Source: Lingula anatina
Lineage: Eukaryota; Animalia; Brachiopoda
Direction: 5' to 3'
Assembly (NCBI GenBank): GCA_051362555.1
Contig: CM120640.1
Span: forward strand, 6,200,001-6,264,000
DNA: 64,000 nucleotides
The notes below the pieces were generated by a model that was given only the letters and a program-made list of their open reading frames with translations, did not search any database and was not told the DNA's origin. Position numbers and translations under genes: made by a program. Each line of letters begins with the position of its first letter. Within the stretch, counting starts at the first letter, position 1. Positions 1-10,794 of the stretch are shown here, one piece after another.

Positions 1-2328
1 TCCACACTGTGTGGCTTGCAGAAGAAGATATCTGCTGAAATAGGTGGAGGAATGGTGATTATTGATCCAATTCGAGTTACAGGGGAGGTGAAGGTGTACT
101 GTCAAACTAGTGGTCATGACACAGCTGTTGAAGTGATTGCCAGGCATCTGGAATGTGAAAAAGAAAAACTGAGAGAAGAAACATGTGAACTACCACTGCA
201 CCATTCACCAGGGTCTGTCCATGCTATTCTTGGTTGTGGAGGACAGACAAGATGGATCTTGATGCCAGAGCAGTACACGACTGTTGTGATAGTCACCAAG
301 GGAGAAGAAAAGCCCTCAACTCATGATATAATAGAGAAATTCTCCATGTTTGGAGAAATTGTTTCCCACTGTGAGTTCAAGAAAAACAACAGTGCTAAAT
401 GGGGAAAAATCACCTTCAGAAATCCAGAGTCAGCTAGTCAAGCTGTAAACAAGACATCTGGACTATCAATATCTGCACACCCAGGAACCAGTGTAGGTAT
501 TGATTCAAAGATGCAAGAATATAAAATGCGTCTACAATGGTGCCGAAGACCAACAAGAGGTTTTGGTTTTGTTAACTTTAAAGACGTTGATGACGACATT
601 CTTGCCAGTTCCAGCACCCAAATTCTTAGTGTAGGTACCAGTTTTGCAAGATTGAGGCCAGGAAAAGATAAACCAAATGAGATCTTTATTTCTAATTTAG
701 ATAAGAATGTTGATGAAACTCAGCTTCTGTCAGCCTTGAAAGATGCCTTTCCAGCTGCTGTGATTATTGACAGGGTTTCCATTCCCCGTGAAAAACCATT
801 TCCTACAACACAGGAGCAGATGAATGCATTCAGACATCAACTTTCTACACAGATTGAGGCTCTTGTGGACAAACAACATTTCCAATTAAAACTCCTTCAA
901 CCAAAGGACAAAGACTATTTTTTCATGGGTTACTTAACATTCAAAAGCTCAACTGATGGTCAGGCAGTGCACAATGCACTACGAAGAAATCTTTTGATTG
1001 GAGAGAGACCTGTTTCAATGGAAGCCTTGTTGTTTACCTCCATTTTGGTACAAAAAGAAGTATACCAAGTCTTTAAGGATGATATCAAGGAAGCAACAGC
1101 AGACCTTATAAAAGGTTCTGAAAAACTTAACATCAAAGAAAGAGAGAGGCAGGATGGTAACTTTGCCATTGACATTGGTGCAGACAATGTTGCAGACCTA
1201 CGTGAAGCAAAGATGGTGATCCATGAAATAACACAGGGCGAAATCCTCGACTGCAGCATTTCAGAATTAATGAGAAGAAATCTACTATCCTTCACATCAA
1301 AAGATATTCTTAAGAGAATCATGTCTTCTTCAGGAACATATATCCTGGCAGACAGAAGAATGTCTTCTTTAGCTATTTATGGTAGTAAAAGAGCAAAATC
1401 CGTGGCCAAAATTGAAATAAACAAATACTTGGATGATATGGTTTCCCAGAAAGTGTGTGACATACCCCTTTCCAGCAGTGACAGACCACCAGGTGTCATG
1501 AAAGCTTTGATGCAGACCTATGGCCTTGACCTTCAGAGGCTGACCCAGGAAACAGGTGCTACCCATCTGAAACTTGATCTGCGTCACCATACTCTTTGCT
1601 TTCAAGGCACTGATGATGCATTCGCCAAACTAGAGCAAGCTGTGCAAGCATGCATTGATGGGTTACCTTATAAACCCACTGTAAAGGAAAACTCAATTGA
1701 CTGTGTGGTTTGTTTTTGCCCCATTGATGACAGTGTTTTCAGGATAGAATGTTGTGGTCACCCATACTGTCAAGAATGTATCACAAATCAGATATGTGTA
1801 GCCATTGAGGAGAAAAACTTTCCTATAACATGTGCCCAGGAAGGGTGTGAAGAGCTAATAGAGTGGAGAACCCTCAACAAACTAACAACAGAACCAATGA
1901 AGAGAGCATTGGTGGCCTCATCAACTTCGGCCTTTGTTTCCAAAGCTCCTGAAGCTTATACCTACTGTGGCACCCCTGACTGTCCTATGGTGTACCAGAT
2001 CACGGAGAATGGGAAACCTTTCACCTGCAGTAACTGTGAGGTAACCACCTGCACCACATGCAAGATAGAATACCATCAGGACATGTCCTGTGCCATGTAC
2101 CAGGGAATGAAGAGAGATAAAAACATAAGCCTGAAAGTTTGGCTGGAAAAAGATCCTCAGAATCGTAGGAAATGCCCTCAGTGCAAAGCCCCTATTGAAA
2201 AAAACGGAGGTTGTAATCGCATGAATTGTCTTAGCTGTAAAAAGCACATTTGCTGGAGATGCAATGCAATTTTTGACAGTGCAGATGGGTGTTACAGTCA
2301 CTTGGCAACATGCGGAGGAATATGGTAA
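1..2328 (+). CDS. 3' part (one long exon, open from the window start) of a DEAH11/DEAH12-like protein: RRM-like and KH-like domains plus a C-terminal RBR (RING1-IBR-RING2) E3 ligase module
   Basis: Frame 1 is open from base 1 to TAA 2326-2328. It has RNP-like motifs ([14 protein letters not shown]), RING1 CVVC..CCGHPYCQEC..CAQEGC, IBR CGTPDC..CSNC..CTTC..H..C and RING2 CPQC..IEKNGGCNRMNC..CKKHICWRC..C..H. This matches the C-terminal half of DEAH11/12-type helicases. The helicase core would lie upstream of the window (inferred). Confidence 0.85.
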   Translation, partial: STLCGLQKKISAEIGGGMVIIDPIRVTGEVKVYCQTSGHDTAVEVIARHLECEKEKLREETCELPLHHSPGSVHAILGCGGQTRWILMPEQYTTVVIVTKGEEKPSTHDIIEKFSMFGEIVSHCEFKKNNSAKWGKITFRNPESASQAVNKTSGLSISAHPGTSVGIDSKMQEYKMRLQWCRRPTRGFGFVNFKDVDDDILASSSTQILSVGTSFARLRPGKDKPNEIFISNLDKNVDETQLLSALKDAFPAAVIIDRVSIPREKPFPTTQEQMNAFRHQLSTQIEALVDKQHFQLKLLQPKDKDYFFMGYLTFKSSTDGQAVHNALRRNLLIGERPVSMEALLFTSILVQKEVYQVFKDDIKEATADLIKGSEKLNIKERERQDGNFAIDIGADNVADLREAKMVIHEITQGEILDCSISELMRRNLLSFTSKDILKRIMSSSGTYILADRRMSSLAIYGSKRAKSVAKIEINKYLDDMVSQKVCDIPLSSSDRPPGVMKALMQTYGLDLQRLTQETGATHLKLDLRHHTLCFQGTDDAFAKLEQAVQACIDGLPYKPTVKENSIDCVVCFCPIDDSVFRIECCGHPYCQECITNQICVAIEEKNFPITCAQEGCEELIEWRTLNKLTTEPMKRALVASSTSAFVSKAPEAYTYCGTPDCPMVYQITENGKPFTCSNCEVTTCTTCKIEYHQDMSCAMYQGMKRDKNISLKVWLEKDPQNRRKCPQCKAPIEKNGGCNRMNCLSCKKHICWRCNAIFDSADGCYSHLATCGGIW

Positions 2329-3821
2329 TGTGCCATGAATTTCGAACAGTAGAAAATAATTAAATTTGGGAAAAGATCGTTTTGGCCGAAATTCATGAAA
2401 TGGAAGTGCTCAGAACTTCCAAACGTTCTAATTTCATGGAATTCTGTCAATTTTGACCGGAAGTTGTCTGTTCGTCGCTAGGCCTTCTGTTATCTTCTCC
2501 AGACGATCTATTTAGAGTTACCATAATGTATGATGTGTGAGTGTCGGTAATTGCGACCAAAGGGATACACGTACTTTCACCCGATCAACGAGCAGTACTG
2601 TTGGCTAGGGACACAAAACGGCATTGTTATTAGTAGTGTCGTTTTTCAAAAGCGATTCTGGCTGCAAGAAACTAGTGTCGTCTTTCAGAACGGGAGTGGA
2701 CGGAGGGAGAGACGGCAGGCGATTATTAAAGTCTACCACAGCCAGATAAGCTTTACTGTGGAAGCTTAGTGTTACTGTTGCTCTGAAACCGAGACGACAG
2801 CCGATCGGTGTATATGTTGCACGTACAAGTAGCCTTTACCTGCGATTACCGTTAAAGTCGGGCGGAGCTTTGCGAGCGAGTGCGTCCTCATCTCACCGTG
2901 CGCGAGTCGGTGTCTTCAGCGCATACGTTGCCTTCACTGCAGAAGCCGGCCTTGGCATTACGGCCTCTCTCCGCCGTGCAGGGAGGCCACTACGACCGCA
3001 GATCGGTATGTGCGGTGCACAGGTAACCTTCACCACGGCAGCCGAACTGTGTATTACGGTCTCTCTCCGTCATGTGCTGCGACCAAGATGACCGCCAGCG
3101 GGAGATTGTTCTCGATCTAAGCGAGACGAGAAGGCAATTTTCATATTCATTCAAGGGAGTTCGTTCGCGAAAGAGCGTCAGCGGAAGATCGTTATCAATT
3201 GTTTTTAACCCTCCCTCCCCATTGAAATTTATAATTTTTTTAAATATTTTTCATTTCATTTGTACATTTCAAGGGACTTCATTAGTGGAAGATTGTCAGT
3301 GGGAGATCGTGAACAATCTGAGCGAGACAAGGAAGCAATAATAGTAATCCTTATTGCAACTCTTAGTATTGCTTCTTTTGTTCTGTTGATGAAGTCTCTA
3401 CTGTTAACAATGCTATCGTGCGCCTCAGCAAAACTACCGATCGCTATCTCACACCGAGTACTGCGGTAAAGAAACAACAGCCCGACAGAACAACTCTTAA
3501 TAGATTCTCCTGTTATCTGAATGAATGGTGATGATGATGTTGTTTAGCGTCCTAAACTAACTGTACCGCTCGTTATCTTGCACCTTGGGCCGCACACGTA
3601 GTACTCGGGTAAAGGTACGCTAGGGCAACATTGCCGGCTGTTAGATCTTTATGAGCGCGAAAATAGCCCGATGGCCGATTTTAAGGTGTACGAAATTCAC
3701 GAAATCAAGATCGCGCAAAATTGCTTACTGGCCGAAATTCATGGTCCAGAAAAAACTCCCGATGGCCGATTTTAAAATTGTTCGAAATTTAAGAGCCATT
3801 CGAAATTCATGGCACATTACC
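2324..3821. mobile_element. Non-autonomous TIR DNA transposon (~1.5 kb)
   Basis: Perfect 23-bp TIR GGTAATGTGCCATGAATTTCGAA at 2324-2346 and its reverse complement at 3799-3821. ATAT flanks both sides (2320-2323, 3822-3825); a TA TSD with TIRs starting TGG fits equally well. Subterminal GGCCGAAATTCATG and ATGGCCGATTTT motifs; CpG-rich interior; no transposase ORF. Confidence 0.9.
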
Positions 3822-4528
3822 ATATTCCCTGATAATATGTAGGGAAGTGAATTGTAGGGATTAAAAAGCAGTGGTTCAAGAATTATATTATAGTCCACAA
3901 AGTTTAGTTGGAAATAATATGGAAATGGAACATGGTATTCCATTTTTGTGAGTGTATTATAATGTGGGTGTTATAAAACCCCAAACGTCCCATAGTAATT
4001 ACTTTTGGGTCGGCTAACTTCCTATTCCTTGTGGCTACCATTATGCCATAATTTGAACACTTAGACTGGAATTTTTTCCTATCAATGGGGTGCTTTGACC
4101 AGCCAATAGGAGCAGTCAAATTGAGGCATTATCTATTGTATCCTTACTATCATAGTGAAAGTGAAAGCTAGGAGAGCAGTAGTGAGTGCTGCTCAGCAGA
4201 CAAACCGGTCCTTTAAAAAGGGTCAAGGGAAAATAAGTCAAAGACGGTGTATGACAGCAAGGGAATCATTGGATGTTTGAAAGCAATGCTGCTTCTGCAA
4301 TTAACCCCATTTGCTTGTAAATTTATAGTGACAAAAGTATTGTGTTAAGTTTAGAAATATAGCACTGTGCAGTCACAAATTCTTATTTGGAAATGAAGGG
4401 AGGAGGGGAATAATGTGACTGGCACTCTCTTACCTGGAAAGCAAGTAGAGGTGAAAGTGCAACTTGTATATCTTCTCATATAGTTTCTATTTCGGATGGA
4501 AACTTCTGTTAACCAAACTAATCCATAA

Positions 4529-5500
4529 GGCCACACTTTTTTATTTTTATGGATGACATCCTCTGGGTACCCCAAAATCGGTGCGAGAGGGCGAAAAAAA
4601 AAAACAGTCCAAAAAAAAAACTGCTTAAGTAAAGGAATGCTGTCAGTACACAGCTGGAAACACAAATTTAACCACAGAAACACGTATCAAACTAACAATA
4701 TGTCTTTATCCATGCTCTCAAAATATTAAAGCATTGTGAATACTTCGTAGAAATGTAAAAAAAAGTCATGAATTGATATACTTCATATTACCAAATCTAT
4801 TTAAGGTTATTTCATGCATTCATTTGTTATAGCAATCAATAAAACAAATATCAATCAAACAGTGCGTCTTTATTTGTATTCTCAGAATATTAAAACATTT
4901 TGAACACTTCACAGAAATGTTTAAAAAATGATGCAAAGATATGCTTAATACTACCAAATCTATTAAAGGTCATTTCAGACGATGCCATTTTGTCAACTTC
5001 AACTCACACAAAGCAGCTAAACTGTCAGGTGGCCTGTCCGACCTTCAGCCCACCAAATACCTCGACGCCCTTGTCGACCCTTTTTTCGCTACAGAAAACC
5101 TGGTATTAATGTGCTGCTTTATACAGAATGTCACAGAAATGTTTCGGCCGCCTCCAGCCTTTCGCACAATTGTAAAAAGGTGATATCTCCATGCCCAATA
5201 TCAATGGCATACCAATCCAAAACGATGGCGCCTGTTCTCTTGATGACTTTTATTGTTGTGTAATTTGAAAGTAATCCTAGAGATGAATTTGACAGCAAAG
5301 TGGCCGCATTTCCACGTGGCGAAAATACGCATGCGCAGAAAGCTCATTTCCTTGCAAATTCAATAACAACGTTTGCGACAACCGACTTCGTTGGGGGCTG
5401 GGGGGGGGGGGGCTTTTTTTTTTTTTTTTTTTTTTTTGGAGAACGGGCGAAAATCCGTGCGCGCGCAGGATGTCATCCATAAAATTAAAAAAGTGTGGCC
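4529..5500. mobile_element. MITE / non-autonomous DNA transposon, Mutator-like (10-bp TSD)
   Basis: ~34-bp TIR GGCCACACTTTTTTA(T/A)TTTTATGGATGACATCCT with 1 mismatch. The direct repeat TAATCCATAA lies at 4519-4528 and 5501-5510. Internal degenerate duplication (~4715-4815 vs ~4880-4980). Confidence 0.85.
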
Positions 5501-5516
5501 TAATCCATAATAATCA

Positions 5517-5752
5517 CAGGGCCGTAGCCTGAGCAAAATGCCAGGGGGGGCAGTAAGCAGACACGAGGGGGCGAAGCCCCCGAGGGGGGAGGGTGTGGGA
5601 AGTCCCCCTCCCACGGTGTGGAATTTTTTTTTAAACTATGTATAATACTGCATTCTGGTGCATTTTAACTGTTATTTATTGCTCAATTAGAAGTCGGAAA
5701 TTGCGATTATTTTTTTTTGCACCTCAAATCCCAGGGGGGGCAGCTGCCCCCC

Positions 5753-5826
<74 letters not shown>

Positions 5827-5840
5827 AGGCTACGGCCCTG
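5517..5840. mobile_element. MITE with CAGGGCCGTAGCCT TIRs and a poly-C tract
   Basis: CAGGGCCGTAGCCT at 5517 and AGGCTACGGCCCTG ending at 5840; 5-bp direct repeat AATCA at 5512-5516 and 5841-5845; C69 run at 5756-5824. Confidence 0.8.
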
Positions 5841-8800
5841 AATCATACCTGAATTGAATTGTTCTGAATATCTTGCCATTGACATGCATGCAGTCTTTTC
5901 ATACATAATTAGCAAAGAAGATTCATGAACTATCACAGGGCGACATCCTCACCAGTTCAGAATTAACAAGAAAAAAATCTGTGCTTATGAAAATTTACTT
6001 CAGTAAGTGAAAAGAATTCCACAGACAATAAGGGATTTTCTAAATGTCAGCAGAGAACTGTCAATTTTGATCTGCTCATTATTTAGCTCATTTTATCATT
6101 ATACTGCTGTATTGTAGATTTTCAACATCAGACCATAATCTGAAAAGATAAATTTGTTACCAATTCAAAAATAATCTTTGACATTTGTTATGAAATATCA
6201 GTTTACATTTATGAGAAAGTTGATTTAAGTGAGAATGTTATTTACTTGCTAAGCTCAGTAGTAATTTTTCATTATCAAAAATATTTCTATAGCTTTGGAC
6301 CCTTTAGATGATAGCATATTCTGCTGTTAAACCATTTGTTCTTTACATGTAATTTTTGGGTGCTTCAGACAAGTATTAAAGTATAAATAGATAATAACTA
6401 TTTGCCCCTTCAAAGTTTGGAAGAGCATTTTGAATGGATAATAGATGCAGGTTGGATAATCTTGGTCCACTTTTAAGATTAAAATGTTTATGTGGAGTGC
6501 AATTTTCTAAAAGTAAGGCTGGAAGTCTGTACAACTATCACATTGTGATCTTTTCTTAGCAAAATTACATGAACCAAGTTTTTTTTTATCTCCGACAAGG
6601 TTAAATTTTGATGAAATATAGCAACGCCTTGATCTTTTCACTGAAACAATACTTGAATTTGGGAAATCATTGTAAGTTACATTTCTTAATTATATTTAAG
6701 GTACATTAACTATATGTTATGGAACTATTAAGTAGCCTGCTTCTCAATTTTGCTGCCACCACTCAATAGAAATTTCAAATTTTAAGAATTTATTATTAAA
6801 AAAATACAGTATCTGAATAATTATCAATTTTCACCATTGCAGAGATAGAGTTTTTACCGCTCTATTGCCAAACCAAACCACTGAACATTTATGCAATCCT
6901 GTTTTTCTCTCGAAATTGATTCCTCAAAATACTGTTATCAGTTTTCAGATGAACTAAAAACACATTTACATTTTCAAAACATTGGTTTTATTAGGTTGTT
7001 GCACATTATACATTAAAATTGGTATTGATATGATGTTTATAATAATATTTCCCGTTTAAAACTTGCAATAAAAATAACAGTAATGTGTCAAACTTGAACC
7101 ATGTTGTGCTTTTTTTCTGCCCTGCCACACCAATGCAATCTCTACAAACAGAATTACCTGATACTTGATATCATCTTTGGCACAGCTGACGCGATTTTAA
7201 AAAACGGACACGTCAAATTTTCTGCCAGATCTAAATATTTGGAAGATAGGATTGATATTGTTAGTGGTCCATGCCCTACCTAACACAACAAGCGGAATGT
7301 TAGCATTGGTGTGGTAAAGGTATACACTAATCAGTCTGAATTGGTTAAGACTAATGGGCTGAAAATGTGGAAAACTTGGAAACCATGTGACCATCTCAAA
7401 TTATTAATCCAATTCCAAAGATACTTAAAATCACACCCCATAAAAATATTAGTCTGAAATGATTTAAAACTGACCAAAAATTGTTTTATAAAAACTATCA
7501 CTGTTCGTCCTCAGTTCTCTTTACTTGACCTCATGTTGATCACATGGTCTCAAGGTTTCCACCCACCTTTTTGCCTATCATCTAGCTACTGCCTTTACTA
7601 TCTAGTAAATGAAATTTGGAGATCATAAATTTAACTTTTTCAAATCAATAAAACCTTATATTTGGTGACAATAAATTAACATTGATTGTCTATTGTACAT
7701 CTTGAATAACAATCCAATTTGAAACATAGCAACAGGCAATTTCAGGTGGTGATGATAGTGGTTCTCATATGTTTATCAAAGAGGGACGTTGCACCAGACT
7801 TCCAGAAGCCTGTGAAACTAATTTGTGGCCTTGATACAATTCACTTTTCAACAGCATACAATATAACAATATACAAGTGCTCCTATTCTATTCTGCTTCA
7901 CTACACAGACTACTACATGTGCACCTGCACTGCTCTATATAGCGTTGCCCTATAACCCTTGCCAACTAGACCAATATTGACTGCAAGCTTACACACTAGA
8001 CTAAGAATTCTGTACAATGTGTACATGAGAAACATGTACATGGAAGAAGTAAAATAGAACTTAAAAAATAACACAGCCCCCATGGACTTGGTTGTAAAAA
8101 TGATTTTTGATGAAATAAATTTACATGCTGACCTTTGTGTCACAGTTTAGGAGGTAAATGCTAAGTGATATTTCTGCTCAAATGCTGTAGAACCTCATCT
8201 AAAAAAACAAATGGCATGTAAAATGGGCAACTACATGTTTATGTGTGCCCTTAATTGGGTTTTCAGTAAAAATGGAGTGATCAGCGACTATTATAATTTT
8301 GCTATACTAAAAGCTGCTCCGGTCGGCACAATTTGTGGTCTGACTAAAAAGTATCTGAAAGAGGCATAGATATGGAACTTTGCCTAAAAGCCAACTTTAT
8401 CTGTACAGCATTTCAACTATGTGGGCATACTACAATGAAGATGCTACATTCCCAAGAATTATTATTGCTTTTCACACGATTCTGGCGTGCTAGGCCCCAG
8501 GATGGTGGACGGGGTGACATCAGCACCATTCATAAACAGACAAGCTACATTACATAACTTCACAAAATACTGGAATCAACATGTGACAAAGTCAACCAAT
8601 CTCAACAATGGTTATCATAAAGTTCAGTTAACTTTGAATGAAAAAACGAGAATGAGACAGTTACCATATTAAAAGTGCAGCACCATTTCTTTTTTTAAAC
8701 TGACTACAAAGTTGATGTCTTGCACCCTTCACTGTATGTATGCCCTTCTGTTTTAAAAGTCCACTCTATTTTATAAATATCAGTTCAAGCCAGCAAAAAT

Positions 8801-10794
8801 AGCATGTTTTCCACCTGCCTGACTCCTACTCATATCATACATACAGCAGGTGGACCACTTCAAATAATTAAGTAGCATATACTTCAATCACATAAAATAC
8901 ATATAAATGGAGTTTACAGGTTTTTAATAATTTACATTTCATACAATATATTGCTTGCATTTGAATCAATAAGTTAACTGTTGTCAAAAATGACAAGGAA
9001 AACTTGTGTTTCACTCTCTCTCGCGCTCTCTCTCTAATTACTATGTGCCGGTAACAGGATGCATTTTACATTCTCCTAAATCTAAATCTTCTAAATTTAC
9101 TACATAATAAAAGTGTCCAAAATTCAAAATACTTTGCCAAAAATATTCGAATTGAGACATGCCAAAAGGTAAGTCTTTTGCTAAGACAACTGATATAAAA
9201 ATAGAGCAACCAAGACCAATTGTAAAAGGGGAAATGAAGAAAAAGGCTATATATCTACATAAAATTATATCACTTAGAATCATAATAATAATAATTATAA
9301 TGAACTATATATATTTTGATGTTGATTGGAACTTAAAAACTTTCTGATATGAAATTGTTCTTTGATTATGTTATCTAACACACTACACACCAAAATATTA
9401 GTCAAATGCTACAAAGTATCTACTCACTAGAAGCTACAACAGTTCATTATATATAATTACAATTTCATACATTACAAGTAGTTAAAACTTAGTAGTTCCA
9501 CAGAACATGTGTATACATCAACATACACAACATGCACTGAATTGTCTATATTACAATAAAATCTTCATTTCCTCTCCCATAAAATGCAACAAAAGACCCA
9601 TATTCCCATTGGTTTTAAAAAGTCCTTGTAAAATCCCTGTAAAATACACTCTTCTCATCTGTAGACTTGTAGATACGAGATTGCGAGATTAGAAATTCCG
9701 AGGGTATCCCCCATGGCTGGAACTGCCAAACCCCTGCAACAGGACAAGCAATTGATTAACAAGCAATTTTTATGTGGATATCATTCTTTAAAAAAAAAGA
9801 TTATTACAGTACAAGTTGTACAAAGCTCGACATAAAACATTGTCCATTTACCACAGACAAACTGGCTAAAATTAGAGTTACTTACATAAAAGAAACAAGC
9901 TTTCACACTTGGTAAGCAACAATCTTAGGATCAGATCACTAACAGTGTCTGAGAGGCATAATGGATAATGCAATTTAAAAGTTAATCCTGAGCCTTGCAA
10001 CAGATTTATTAGATTCTTTGAATTTTAATCTAGCAATCATGAGCGAGATCAATACTATTTCAAAAACACATCTACAGTATGTGTCCTGCATGCTTGGTAA
10101 TGAAGCTTTTCTTTCTTAAACTATAAACTGATAAGGAAAGGGATAGATATCAATCAAACCCAGATAAAGATAGACTACAAGAAGAAAATACCATCAATCC
10201 TTGCACCAATGCAAAGATACCTAGGATTAAAATCAATACTAATATTTCATTAGGCATGCAAAGCAAGATGAATGCCTCATTGAGTTGATCAGCGTAGCGC
10301 AGTGAATAGTTTGGGACACTAAGAAATCAACAAAATCTAGAGGATGCATAAAAGAACACAATTTTACAATACAAGTTAAGGATGTATACACAAGCCAGGA
10401 CATCTAAATATATAAATATAGGGCTATACAAACACGCAAAGTGATTGAACGCAGCCAAATCATTTTTTTTTACATCTCTCGACCCCAATCAATTTGAGGA
10501 ACACAAAACATCTCCAGAATATCCTCTTATGGGATTGTACACCAAATCAGATTATTCTAGAATAATTCAATGTTGGTTTTAAACATATGAGGAGTGCCAT
10601 ATGGTTATTTTAAGCCACATCACTATACTGTGCAAATATACTTAAGTCTTCCAAGAGAAAGGAGTCGGGCACCGAAGTGACCTGTGCATACATCCTCAAC
10701 TCTACCAGGTATGAATTACTTCTACAAGGCAACTGTATTAAAATTGAATTGAAAAGAAACATGTGAATACCTTTGTTTTGTGATGCGAACCAGC

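Noticed and set aside
5277-5936. Poly-Pro/Gly/Lys ORFs
   Set aside because: These are translations of homopolymer runs inside MITEs. The C69 length may also be a sequencing artefact.
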